Assembly (NCBI GenBank): GCA_041391965.1
Contig: JAWKMZ010000003.1
Location: forward strand, 68,102-132,101
DNA from: Gelidibacter sp.
GTDB lineage: Bacteria > Bacteroidota > Bacteroidia > Flavobacteriales > Flavobacteriaceae
Length of the DNA: 64,000 nt
Direction: 5' to 3'
The notes under the pieces were generated by a model. The model saw only the letters and a program-made list of their open reading frames with translations, was not told where the DNA came from and made no database searches. This document shows positions 55,909-64,000 of the stretch, piece by piece (position 1 is the stretch's first letter; each line of letters starts with the position of its first letter). The translations under genes and the position numbers were made by a program.

Positions 55909-57216
55909 ATGAACTACATTCCCAACATACTTTTTGCCATAGCACTTGTTTTAGGCATTGGTTATTTTGCAAAAAATGTAAAAAAACTCATTCGAAACAT
56001 TAAACTTGGGCATGATGTTGATGTAAACGACAACAAAGCGCAACGCTGGAAAAATATGGCAATGATTGCACTTGGGCAAAGCAAAATGGTACGTCGGCCT
56101 ATTGCAGGTTTTTTGCATGTTATCGTGTATGCTGGTTTTATAATCATAAATATTGAAGTTTTAGAAATCATCATTGATGGTTTGTTTGGTACACATCGTA
56201 TATTTTCAACCCTTATTCCACAAGGCTTATACGGCTTTTTAATTGGAAGTTTTGAAATTTTAGCAGCACTCGTTTTTATAGCAGTAACCATATTTTGGAT
56301 ACGAAGAAATATCATCAAATTACAACGTTTTTGGAAACCAGAAATGAAAGGTTGGCCAAAAAATGATGGTAATTTTATTCTGTATTTTGAAATGATTTTG
56401 ATGACTTTGTTTTTAGTGATGAATGCAACAGATAGCCATTTTCAAAGTCTTAATTCTGGAAATATTGTCAGTCAATTAATTAAACCATTATTTAATAATT
56501 TTTCAGAAAACACGATTCATGTTATAGAACAAAGCGCTTGGTGGTTGCATATTTTAGGAATTTTGATATTTCTAAACTACTTATATTTTTCTAAGCATTT
56601 ACATATTTTATTAGCATTTCCAAACACTTTTTATGGCAAATTAACACCAAAAGGACAATTCAATAATTTAGAATCGGTGACTAATGAAGTTAAAATGATG
56701 ATGGATCCTAATGTCGATCCGTTTGCCGCTCAACCAGAAAGTACCGAAGCACCTGCAAAATTTGGAGCAAGCGATGTACAAGATTTAAGTTGGGTCAACC
56801 TTCTTAACGCTTATACCTGTACAGAATGTGGACGTTGTACCAGCGAATGTCCTGCAAATCAAACAGGGAAAAAATTGTCACCTCGTAAAATTATGATGGA
56901 TACACGTGACAGATTGGAAGAAGTTGGTAAAAATATAGATGCTAATAAAGGTGAATTTAAACCCGACGGAAAACAATTGTTGGACGATTATATTACACGC
57001 GAAGAACTTTGGGCATGTACCAGTTGCAATGCTTGTGTAGAGGCTTGCCCTGTAAGTATCGACCCATTGTCTATCATTATTGAAATGCGTCGCTATTTAG
57101 TAATGGAACAGTCTGCAGCGCCAATGGAACTCAATAATATGATGACCAACATTGAAAACAATGGAGCGCCTTGGCCTTACAACCAAATGGATCGTTTAAA
57201 TTGGAAAAATGAATAA
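55909..57216 (+). CDS. Integral-membrane (Fe-S)-binding oxidoreductase subunit (polytopic N-domain + 2x[4Fe-4S] ferredoxin domain)
   Basis: 435 aa. About 5-6 TM helices with several intramembrane His (FLHVIVYAGF, WWLHILGILIF, KHLHILLAF). Then CTECGRCTSECP and CTSCNACVEACP cluster motifs. Confidence 0.75.
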   Translation: MNYIPNILFAIALVLGIGYFAKNVKKLIRNIKLGHDVDVNDNKAQRWKNMAMIALGQSKMVRRPIAGFLHVIVYAGFIIINIEVLEIIIDGLFGTHRIFSTLIPQGLYGFLIGSFEILAALVFIAVTIFWIRRNIIKLQRFWKPEMKGWPKNDGNFILYFEMILMTLFLVMNATDSHFQSLNSGNIVSQLIKPLFNNFSENTIHVIEQSAWWLHILGILIFLNYLYFSKHLHILLAFPNTFYGKLTPKGQFNNLESVTNEVKMMMDPNVDPFAAQPESTEAPAKFGASDVQDLSWVNLLNAYTCTECGRCTSECPANQTGKKLSPRKIMMDTRDRLEEVGKNIDANKGEFKPDGKQLLDDYITREELWACTSCNACVEACPVSIDPLSIIIEMRRYLVMEQSAAPMELNNMMTNIENNGAPWPYNQMDRLNWKNE

Positions 57217-57385
57217 ATTGCTTAATTATAAAGCAAAACATATAATTTTAAGTGGTTTTATCTTGCTAATTGCAGGAATAAGTTATCCGTATATTATGCC
57301 TCATGCGAACAATTTTATGAGAGGCATGTTAATAGGAATGGGCTTTGGTGTAATTTTTTCAAACGCATTCCGATTATTAAAATAA
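57209..57385 (+). CDS. Possible small (58 aa) two-helix membrane protein
   Basis: Below the ORF-track cutoff; my translation is MNKLLNYKAKHIILSGFILLIAGISYPYIMPHANNFMRGMLIGMGFGVIFSNAFRLLK*. The ATG overlaps the upstream stop by 8 nt. Two hydrophobic segments. Fills the otherwise empty 232-nt gap between the two Fe-S genes. Confidence 0.35.
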   Translation: MNKLLNYKAKHIILSGFILLIAGISYPYIMPHANNFMRGMLIGMGFGVIFSNAFRLLK

Positions 57386-57448
57386 AATATTTTTAAAAAA
57401 TAAAAGGCTATTAATTTAGTGTTTTATTTAATTTTAAAAACCCTAAAA

Positions 57449-58240
57449 ATGAGCGAATTACTTAAAGTGCCAACTATGGCAGAGTTTATGGCACAAGGCA
57501 AACAACCAGAAGTTTTATTTTGGGTTGGATGCGCTGGAAGTTTTGACGATAGAGCAAAAAAAATAACTAAAGCTTTTGTAAAGCTTCTCAATAAATCGAA
57601 TGTAGAGTTTGCAGTGCTTGGTACAGAAGAAAGCTGTACAGGAGATCCTGCAAAACGTGCAGGAAATGAGTTTTTGTTTCAAATGCAAGCTATGACCAAT
57701 ATTGAAGTGATGAATGCTTACGAAATTAAAAAGATTGTTACGGCTTGTCCACATTGTTTCAACACCATTAAAAATGAATATCCAGAATTGGGTGGTAATT
57801 ATGAAGTGATGCACCACACACAATTTCTAAAAACACTTTTAGATGAAGGACGTTTAACTATAGAAGGTGGTCAATTTAAAGGCAAACGCATTACTTTTCA
57901 CGATCCATGCTATTTAGGTCGTGGCAATAATGTGTATGAAGCACCACGAGACCTTATTCGTAAGTTGGATGCCGAATTGGTTGAAATGAAAAACTGCAAA
58001 CGCAATGGTTTATGCTGTGGAGCAGGAGGCGCACAAATGTTTAAAGAACCAGAAAAAGGAAAAAAAGATGTGAATGTAGAACGTACAGAACAAGCTTTAG
58101 ACGTTAAACCAGAAATTATTGCAGCAGGTTGTCCATTTTGTAACACAATGATGACAGATGGTGTCAAAGCTAAAGAAAGAGAAGCTGATGTAGCCGTTAT
58201 GGATATTGCTGAACTAATTGCTAATGCTCAAGATTTGTAA
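57449..58240 (+). CDS. (Fe-S)-binding protein with two cysteine-rich CCG domains (HdrB/HdrD C-terminal, GlpC/LutA-like)
   Basis: Start moved to MSELLKVPT (ATG 57449). CCG-type patterns: WVGCAGSFD...ESCTGDP...CPHCFNT and HDPCYLGR...CCGAGG...GCPFCNTMM. Confidence 0.8.
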   Translation: MSELLKVPTMAEFMAQGKQPEVLFWVGCAGSFDDRAKKITKAFVKLLNKSNVEFAVLGTEESCTGDPAKRAGNEFLFQMQAMTNIEVMNAYEIKKIVTACPHCFNTIKNEYPELGGNYEVMHHTQFLKTLLDEGRLTIEGGQFKGKRITFHDPCYLGRGNNVYEAPRDLIRKLDAELVEMKNCKRNGLCCGAGGAQMFKEPEKGKKDVNVERTEQALDVKPEIIAAGCPFCNTMMTDGVKAKEREADVAVMDIAELIANAQDL

Positions 58241-58319
58241 TTTAATAACTTCTTTGTCTAAACCTTTTAAAAATCAAATAACAATAAGTTTATAACCTTC
58301 CAAACCATAACACAAAATA

Positions 58320-59555
58320 ATGTCTAAGGAAATTTTCCTATTAAATATCTCTGGACAAGACAAACCTGGGTTAACCTCCAATTTAACAGGTGTTTTGGCA
58401 GAATATGGTGCTAAAGTATTAGATATTGGTCAAGCAAACATACATGACACCTTGTCTTTAGGGATTTTGTTCGAAATTCCAGCAGGAAAAAAATCGGCAG
58501 CGGTATTAAAAGACTTACTTTTTAAATCTTATGAACTTGGTATTAAAGCTAAGTTTACACCAATTACACTCAGTAATTATGAACATTGGGTCAGCCTTCA
58601 AGGTAAAGATAGGTACATTGTCACTATTTTAGGAGAAAAATTGACAGCAAATCAAATATCAGAGGTAACAAAAGTCATTTCTGATAAAAACCTAAATATT
58701 GATGCTATAAAAAGGCTTACAGGTAGAACATCACTTGTAAAAGAAAACGAATATCCAAGAGCTTCTATAGAACTTTCCATCAGAGGAAAAATAGATGATA
58801 AGTCGGAATTTACTGAAAAATTTATGCAAATTTCAAAAGATTTAGATGTGGACATTGCATTTCAAGAAGACACAATTTATAGACGTAACAGACGCTTGGT
58901 TTGTTTTGATATGGATTCTACACTTATTCAAGCAGAAGTTATTGACAAATTAGCAGAATTAGCAGGTGTTGGTGATAAAGTTAAGGCAATTACAGAAGCT
59001 GCGATGCAAGGTAACATCGATTTTAAAGAAAGTTTTATAAGTAGAATGAAACTTTTAAAAGGGTTGAAAGAAGAAGTCCTTCAGGAAGTTGCTGTCAATT
59101 TGCCAATCACTAAAGGCGCCAAGCGACTTATTGATACATTAAAAACCTATGGGTTTAAAACAGCCATTCTATCAGGTGGATTTACCTACTTTGGCGAGTA
59201 TTTGCAAAAAGAATTAGGAATAGATTATGTGTATGCCAATCAATTAGAAATTAAAGAAGGTGTTTTGACAGGGAACTATCTTGGCGATATTGTTGATGGC
59301 GAAAAAAAAGCAAAGTACCTTAAAGAAATTGCGCAAAAAGAAGGCATTAACATTAATCAAACCATCGCTATTGGTGATGGTGCTAATGATTTACCTATGC
59401 TTAATCTTGCAGGATTAGGCATAGCGTTTCATGCAAAACCAACAGTTAAAGATAATGCGCAAAACTCAATATCAAGCATAGGTTTGGATGGTGTGTTGTA
59501 TTTGTTGGGTTATCATGACAGACATATTGATTTATTTAATACCGAACAACGATGA
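58320..59555 (+). CDS. serB: Phosphoserine phosphatase with N-terminal tandem ACT domains
   Basis: 411 aa. ACT-like N-half. HAD motif I FDMDSTLIQ, motif IV GDGANDLPML. Confidence 0.85.
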   Translation: MSKEIFLLNISGQDKPGLTSNLTGVLAEYGAKVLDIGQANIHDTLSLGILFEIPAGKKSAAVLKDLLFKSYELGIKAKFTPITLSNYEHWVSLQGKDRYIVTILGEKLTANQISEVTKVISDKNLNIDAIKRLTGRTSLVKENEYPRASIELSIRGKIDDKSEFTEKFMQISKDLDVDIAFQEDTIYRRNRRLVCFDMDSTLIQAEVIDKLAELAGVGDKVKAITEAAMQGNIDFKESFISRMKLLKGLKEEVLQEVAVNLPITKGAKRLIDTLKTYGFKTAILSGGFTYFGEYLQKELGIDYVYANQLEIKEGVLTGNYLGDIVDGEKKAKYLKEIAQKEGININQTIAIGDGANDLPMLNLAGLGIAFHAKPTVKDNAQNSISSIGLDGVLYLLGYHDRHIDLFNTEQR

Positions 59556-59767
59556 CTAAAAATAAAATATCCACACACAAAATTTTAATTGCAGGACTGG
59601 TTTCAGGCTTTGTTTTTGCAGGAATAATGGCTTTATTTGACCTTTATAATCAAAAGCCTTTTTCACTTTGGAAATTCATTCTTTTCTTTTTATGGATGGG
59701 AGCTTTTAATGGTTTTTTACAGTATCGAACACAACGAAAATTAAATAAAAATAATCCTTCAAAATAA
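59552..59767 (+). CDS. Small (71 aa) two-helix membrane protein
   Basis: ATG overlaps the serB stop (ATGA). Two hydrophobic helices (ILIAGLVSGFVFAGIMALF; FILFFLWMGAFNGFL). Confidence 0.45.
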   Translation: MTKNKISTHKILIAGLVSGFVFAGIMALFDLYNQKPFSLWKFILFFLWMGAFNGFLQYRTQRKLNKNNPSK

Positions 59768-59772
59768 TTATA

Positions 59773-60258
59773 ATGTTAGTCGATTTCAACACCTTACCAC
59801 AAGAATCACGCGTTTGGATTTACCAAGCCAATCGTTCATTTACAGATGACGAAATTTCTGAAATACAATCTAAATTGGATGTGTTTATAGAAAATTGGAC
59901 TGCACATGGAAGCGATTTACAATCGAGTTATCTTATTAAATATAAACGTTTTATAATAATAGCTTTAAACCAAAACTTAAACAAAGCAACAGGATGTTCA
60001 ATTGATGCTTCTGTTCGTTTTATTCAAGATTTAGAAAAAGATTACAATGTAGATTTAATGGATAAAATGAACGTGTCATATAAACAAGGTGATTTTATTG
60101 CTTATAAATCTTTGATGGACTTTAAAAAGATGGCAAAAGAAAAAGCAGTTTCTAAAAACACCATTGTTTTTAATAATTTAGTGATTAATATTGCCGAATT
60201 TAATGATAATTGGGAAGTTCCTGCAAGCGAAAGTTGGCATTCAAGATTTTTGAATTAA
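59773..60258 (+). CDS. Conserved hypothetical cytoplasmic protein (161 aa)
   Basis: ORF with no signal peptide. I recall homologues in Flavobacteriia being labelled ABC transporter ATPase, but no Walker A (GxxxxGK[ST]) is present in this sequence, so I leave it unassigned. Confidence 0.55.
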   Translation: MLVDFNTLPQESRVWIYQANRSFTDDEISEIQSKLDVFIENWTAHGSDLQSSYLIKYKRFIIIALNQNLNKATGCSIDASVRFIQDLEKDYNVDLMDKMNVSYKQGDFIAYKSLMDFKKMAKEKAVSKNTIVFNNLVINIAEFNDNWEVPASESWHSRFLN

Positions 60259-60417
60259 GAAAAAAAAATGAAAACTTTAATTTTTCAATTTTTAGCGTCC
60301 TATTCAATTTATAAATTCTTAATAACCTTATTGATAAATCTATCTTAAAGTCTTTCAATCTTCTTTTAAAAATGGTAATTTGGCACAGTTTTTAATTCTA
60401 AAACAGAAACTGATTTC

Positions 60418-63336
60418 ATGAAGTCCATCGTATCCCTTATCTCCTTATTTTTTATTTTAACAGTTGGCAGCTTACACGCACAAACCAATCCATTACAAAC
60501 TAAAGATTTTGAAGCTCAGCAAAAATGGGTAGATAGCATCTATAACAGCATGACTTTGCAAGAAAAAATTGGGCAATTGTATATGATTCAAGTGTTTTCT
60601 AATCAGGATGAACCAACAAAAAGCAAAGTTGTAAAACTGATATTAGACCAAAAAATAGGTGGTATTATTTATTCTAAAGGCGATCCTGTAAGTCAAGCAA
60701 AACTTAATAATGAATTGCAAGCTGCTTCTAAAGTGCCTTTGCTGATTGGGATGGATGCTGAATGGGGTTTGAATATGCGTTTGGATTCTACATATGCGTT
60801 TCCTTGGAACATGACCCTTGGCGCTATTCAAGACAATGATTTAGTTGAGCAAACTGGACGTTATATAGGCGAACATTGTAAACGTTTAGGCGTTCATTTT
60901 AATTTTGCTCCAGATGTTGACATCAACACCAATCCAAAAAATCCAATTATAGGAAATCGTTCTTTTGGCGAAGATAAAGATAATGTAACTGCCAAAGCTT
61001 TGGCGTTTATGAAAGGCATGCAAAGTGTTGGTGTATTGGCAAATGCAAAACATTTTCCTGGTCATGGTGATACTGATACCGATTCGCATAAATCATTACC
61101 AACGATCAATTTTGATAAAGAACGGATTGATTCCGTAGAGTTGTATCCTTATAAAAAATTGATAAAAGCAGGATTATCAAGTGTGATGGTGGCACATTTA
61201 AACGTGCCAAGTTTAGAACCAAGACAAGGCATTCCATCATCCTTATCAAAACCTATCGTTACAGGCATTTTAAAAGAAAAACTTCAGTTTAATGGCTTGA
61301 TATTTACAGATGCACTTAATATGAAAGGCGCTTCAAATTTTAGTGATTCGGCAGATGTAGATTTGGCTGCTTTTTTGGCTGGAAATGATGTGTTACTGAT
61401 TTCTGCTGATGTTGAAAAAGGCATAGATAAATTGGTAAACGCTTATTATAACAAAGATTTTACTGAAGAGCGTTTAGCACTTTCGGTAAAAAAGATTTTA
61501 ATGGCAAAATACAAAGTAGGGCTTAATCATTACAGCCCAATTGGAACAGCTCATTTGGTGGACGATTTGAATCGTTTAAAAGATGACATGCTATATGAAA
61601 AGTTGATGGAAAATGCCATTACAGTAGTACGCAATCAAAAACAAATTTTGCCTATACGTCATTTTGAAACTAAAAAAATAGCTTATGTAAAATTTGGTGA
61701 TGATGATGGTTCTCCGTTTTTGGATGAACTCAAAAAATACACTAAAGTTCACGAGGTTACAGCTGATAAATTAGACGAACTTATCACAAAATTGCAAAAC
61801 TATAATACAGTTGTTGTTGGGTTTCATAAATCTAATGAAAGTCCTTGGAAACCCTATCAGTTTACAGATCAAGAATTAGTTTGGCTTTATGAGATAGCCA
61901 GAACAAACACTGTAATTCTCGATATTTTCGCAAGACCTTATGCGTTAATAGATTTACATTCCATTGAAAACATAGAAGGAATTGTCATAAGTTATCAAAA
62001 TAGTGAAATTGCACAACGTAAATCGGCGCAAATGTTGTTTGGCGCTATTCCTGCTAAAGGACGTTTGCCTGTTTCAACAGGAGAACATTTCAACGTGGGT
62101 GATGGCATTTCGTATAACACCATTCAATTATTGAGTTATGGATTGCCCGAAGATGTTGGAATGAGTTCTGAAAAATTAAAGAAATTAGACTCCATGGCTG
62201 AACTTGCAATACGCCATAAAACTACTCCTGGATTGCAATTGTTAGTGGCAAGAAAAGGAAAAGTGATTTATAATAAATCTTTTGGAAAGCATACTTATGA
62301 TGGCAATGAGCTTGTAAAACCAGACGATATTTACGATGTTGCATCACTTACCAAAATATTAGGAACTTTGCCATTATTAATGGAACTTTATGATAAAGGT
62401 GTCATTTCGTTAGATTCAAAACTATCTCAGCTACTTCCAGAATATAAAGATTCGAACAAAAAGAGCATCACGTTAAAACAAATGTTATCGCATTATGCAC
62501 GTTTAAAGCCTTGGATTCCATTTTATATGGCAACTTTAGATTCAGTGACTAAAAAACCATCAGCTACATACTACAGACGCAAATACAGTCCAATGTTTAG
62601 TATTAAAGTTGCTGACGAAATGTATTTGAGACATGATTATCCAGACACCATTCAAAAAATAATTAAAGACAGTGATCTCTTATCAACACTGAGATACAGA
62701 TATAGTGATTTACCTTATTATATTTTAAAGAAATATATTGAGAAACATTACGACAAAGGATTGGACGCATTGGTGCAAGAACACTTTTATCAGTCGCTTG
62801 GAGCAAATCACACAACCTATAATCCATCAAAATTGTTTAGTGACACACAAATAATTCCGACCGAAGAAGATAATTACTATCGCTACCAACAAGTTCATGG
62901 CTATGTACATGATATGGGAGCCGCTATGCAAAATGGTGTTGGTGGACATGCTGGTATTTTTAGCAATGCAAATGATGTAGCAAAAATAATGCAGATGTAT
63001 TTACAAAAAGGGTATTATGGAGGAAAACGCTATTTTAAAACCCAAACATTTGATGCCTTTAATACCTGTTATTATTGTAGCAAAGGAAATAGGAGAGGTA
63101 TTGGATTTGACAAACCTCAATTAGGTGACGAAGGTCCAACCTGTGGTTGTGTGTCAATGTCAAGTTTTGGACACTCAGGCTTTACAGGAACCTATGCTTG
63201 GGCAGATCCTGATAAAGATATTGTGTATGTATTTATGTCCAACAGAACCTATCCAGATTCCAGAAACAATGCATTGTTAAAAGAAGGGATTAGAACAGAA
63301 ATACAGCGCTTAATCTATGAAGCAATTATAGAGTAG
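60418..63336 (+). CDS. Secreted fusion of a GH3 beta-N-acetylhexosaminidase (NagZ-like) and a serine beta-lactamase/PBP4*-like hydrolase
   Basis: 972 aa with a signal peptide. GH3 blocks GMDAEWG and KHFPGHGDTDTDSH. C-terminal half has the S-x-x-K nucleophile (VASLTKILG), YSD and GHSGFTG motifs of class-C-like serine hydrolases. Confidence 0.85.
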   Translation: MKSIVSLISLFFILTVGSLHAQTNPLQTKDFEAQQKWVDSIYNSMTLQEKIGQLYMIQVFSNQDEPTKSKVVKLILDQKIGGIIYSKGDPVSQAKLNNELQAASKVPLLIGMDAEWGLNMRLDSTYAFPWNMTLGAIQDNDLVEQTGRYIGEHCKRLGVHFNFAPDVDINTNPKNPIIGNRSFGEDKDNVTAKALAFMKGMQSVGVLANAKHFPGHGDTDTDSHKSLPTINFDKERIDSVELYPYKKLIKAGLSSVMVAHLNVPSLEPRQGIPSSLSKPIVTGILKEKLQFNGLIFTDALNMKGASNFSDSADVDLAAFLAGNDVLLISADVEKGIDKLVNAYYNKDFTEERLALSVKKILMAKYKVGLNHYSPIGTAHLVDDLNRLKDDMLYEKLMENAITVVRNQKQILPIRHFETKKIAYVKFGDDDGSPFLDELKKYTKVHEVTADKLDELITKLQNYNTVVVGFHKSNESPWKPYQFTDQELVWLYEIARTNTVILDIFARPYALIDLHSIENIEGIVISYQNSEIAQRKSAQMLFGAIPAKGRLPVSTGEHFNVGDGISYNTIQLLSYGLPEDVGMSSEKLKKLDSMAELAIRHKTTPGLQLLVARKGKVIYNKSFGKHTYDGNELVKPDDIYDVASLTKILGTLPLLMELYDKGVISLDSKLSQLLPEYKDSNKKSITLKQMLSHYARLKPWIPFYMATLDSVTKKPSATYYRRKYSPMFSIKVADEMYLRHDYPDTIQKIIKDSDLLSTLRYRYSDLPYYILKKYIEKHYDKGLDALVQEHFYQSLGANHTTYNPSKLFSDTQIIPTEEDNYYRYQQVHGYVHDMGAAMQNGVGGHAGIFSNANDVAKIMQMYLQKGYYGGKRYFKTQTFDAFNTCYYCSKGNRRGIGFDKPQLGDEGPTCGCVSMSSFGHSGFTGTYAWADPDKDIVYVFMSNRTYPDSRNNALLKEGIRTEIQRLIYEAIIE

Positions 63337-63380
63337 AAAAGTCAAATTTGAATCGCTTTATAAAACTTAAAATTTAAAAA

Positions 63381-64000
63381 ATGAAAATAGGCATCGTTTG
63401 TTATCCAACCTTTGGAGGAAGTGGCGTAGTAGCTACAGAACTGGGTTTAGCACTTTCAAAACGCGGACACGAAATCCATTTTATAACCTACAGTCAACCT
63501 GTACGACTCGAATTATTGGGCAACAATGTACATTTCCATGAAGTAACCGTTCCTGAATATCCTTTGTTTTTGTACCAACCTTATGAGCTGGCTTTATCGA
63601 GTAAATTGGTAGATATGGTAAAGCTCCATAAAATTGAAATTTTGCATGTACATTATGCCATTCCGCATGCTTATGCAGCATATATGGCTCAAAAAATGTT
63701 GCAAGAAGAAGGCATTTATGTGCCAATTGTTACCACACTTCACGGAACCGATATTACCTTGGTTGGTAGCCATCCGTTTTATAAGCCTGCTGTGACGTTT
63801 AGCATCAACAAATCAGATGCTGTAACAACAGTATCACAAAGCTTAAAGGATGACACTTTGCGTTTATTTTACATAAAAAAGGAAATTCATGTAGTGACTA
63901 ATTTTATCGACATCAACAAATACAAACATGTTTTTACCGATTGTCAGCGTGCTATGATGGCAAAAGAGGATGAACGAATAATTACACACATTAGTAATTT
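63381..64000 (+). CDS. bshA: N-acetyl-alpha-D-glucosaminyl L-malate synthase (bacillithiol biosynthesis glycosyltransferase), N-terminal ~206 aa; runs off the right edge
   Basis: Not in the ORF track (open at edge). My translation is MKIGIVCYPTFGGSGVVATELGLALSKRGHEIHFITYSQPVRL...HVHYAIPHAYAAYMA...TTLHGTDITLVGSHPFYKPAVTFSINKSDAVTTVSQSL, with no stop up to 64000. This is the GT4 BshA N-terminal pattern. Confidence 0.8.
   Translation, partial: MKIGIVCYPTFGGSGVVATELGLALSKRGHEIHFITYSQPVRLELLGNNVHFHEVTVPEYPLFLYQPYELALSSKLVDMVKLHKIEILHVHYAIPHAYAAYMAQKMLQEEGIYVPIVTTLHGTDITLVGSHPFYKPAVTFSINKSDAVTTVSQSLKDDTLRLFYIKKEIHVVTNFIDINKYKHVFTDCQRAMMAKEDERIITHISN

Overview
Low-G+C chromosomal segment that reads like a Flavobacteriia (Bacteroidota) genome. 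Two proteins end in T9SS type-A C-terminal sorting domains, and there is an ECF-sigma/FecR/TonB-dependent-receptor trio, plus TamB, an LptD-like protein, MlaD and the bacillithiol gene bshA. I can support about 52 protein-coding genes, 3 tRNAs (Ser-GCT, Pro-TGG, Arg-TCT) and several clear intrinsic terminators. I see no rRNA, CRISPR array, transposase, integrase or phage genes. Most of the window is housekeeping: thrA-thrB, nnr, clpC, gyrA, thiolase, tsaD, rsmE, pfkA-gap-mgsA, ridA, serB and envelope biogenesis. Two parts are not ordinary. (i) 6473-14011 encodes a 2,512-aa cysteine-rich repeat protein with a T9SS sorting domain; it has 13 copies of an 87-88 aa unit, some nearly identical at DNA level, and domains nested inside repeat units. 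(ii) 27.0-36.3 kb is a block of poorly characterised envelope genes: the sigma/anti-sigma/receptor trio, two very acidic lipoproteins, then a five-gene cluster at 33433-36267. That cluster encodes a membrane-anchored OB-fold protein, a T9SS-exported blue-copper protein, an OM beta-barrel, a mono-haem c lipoprotein and YceI. It is my best candidate for an undescribed system, possibly an outer-envelope redox or copper module. All functional calls come from motif recognition in the supplied translations and my own reading of the DNA. No database search was run, so family names are recognitions, not hits.
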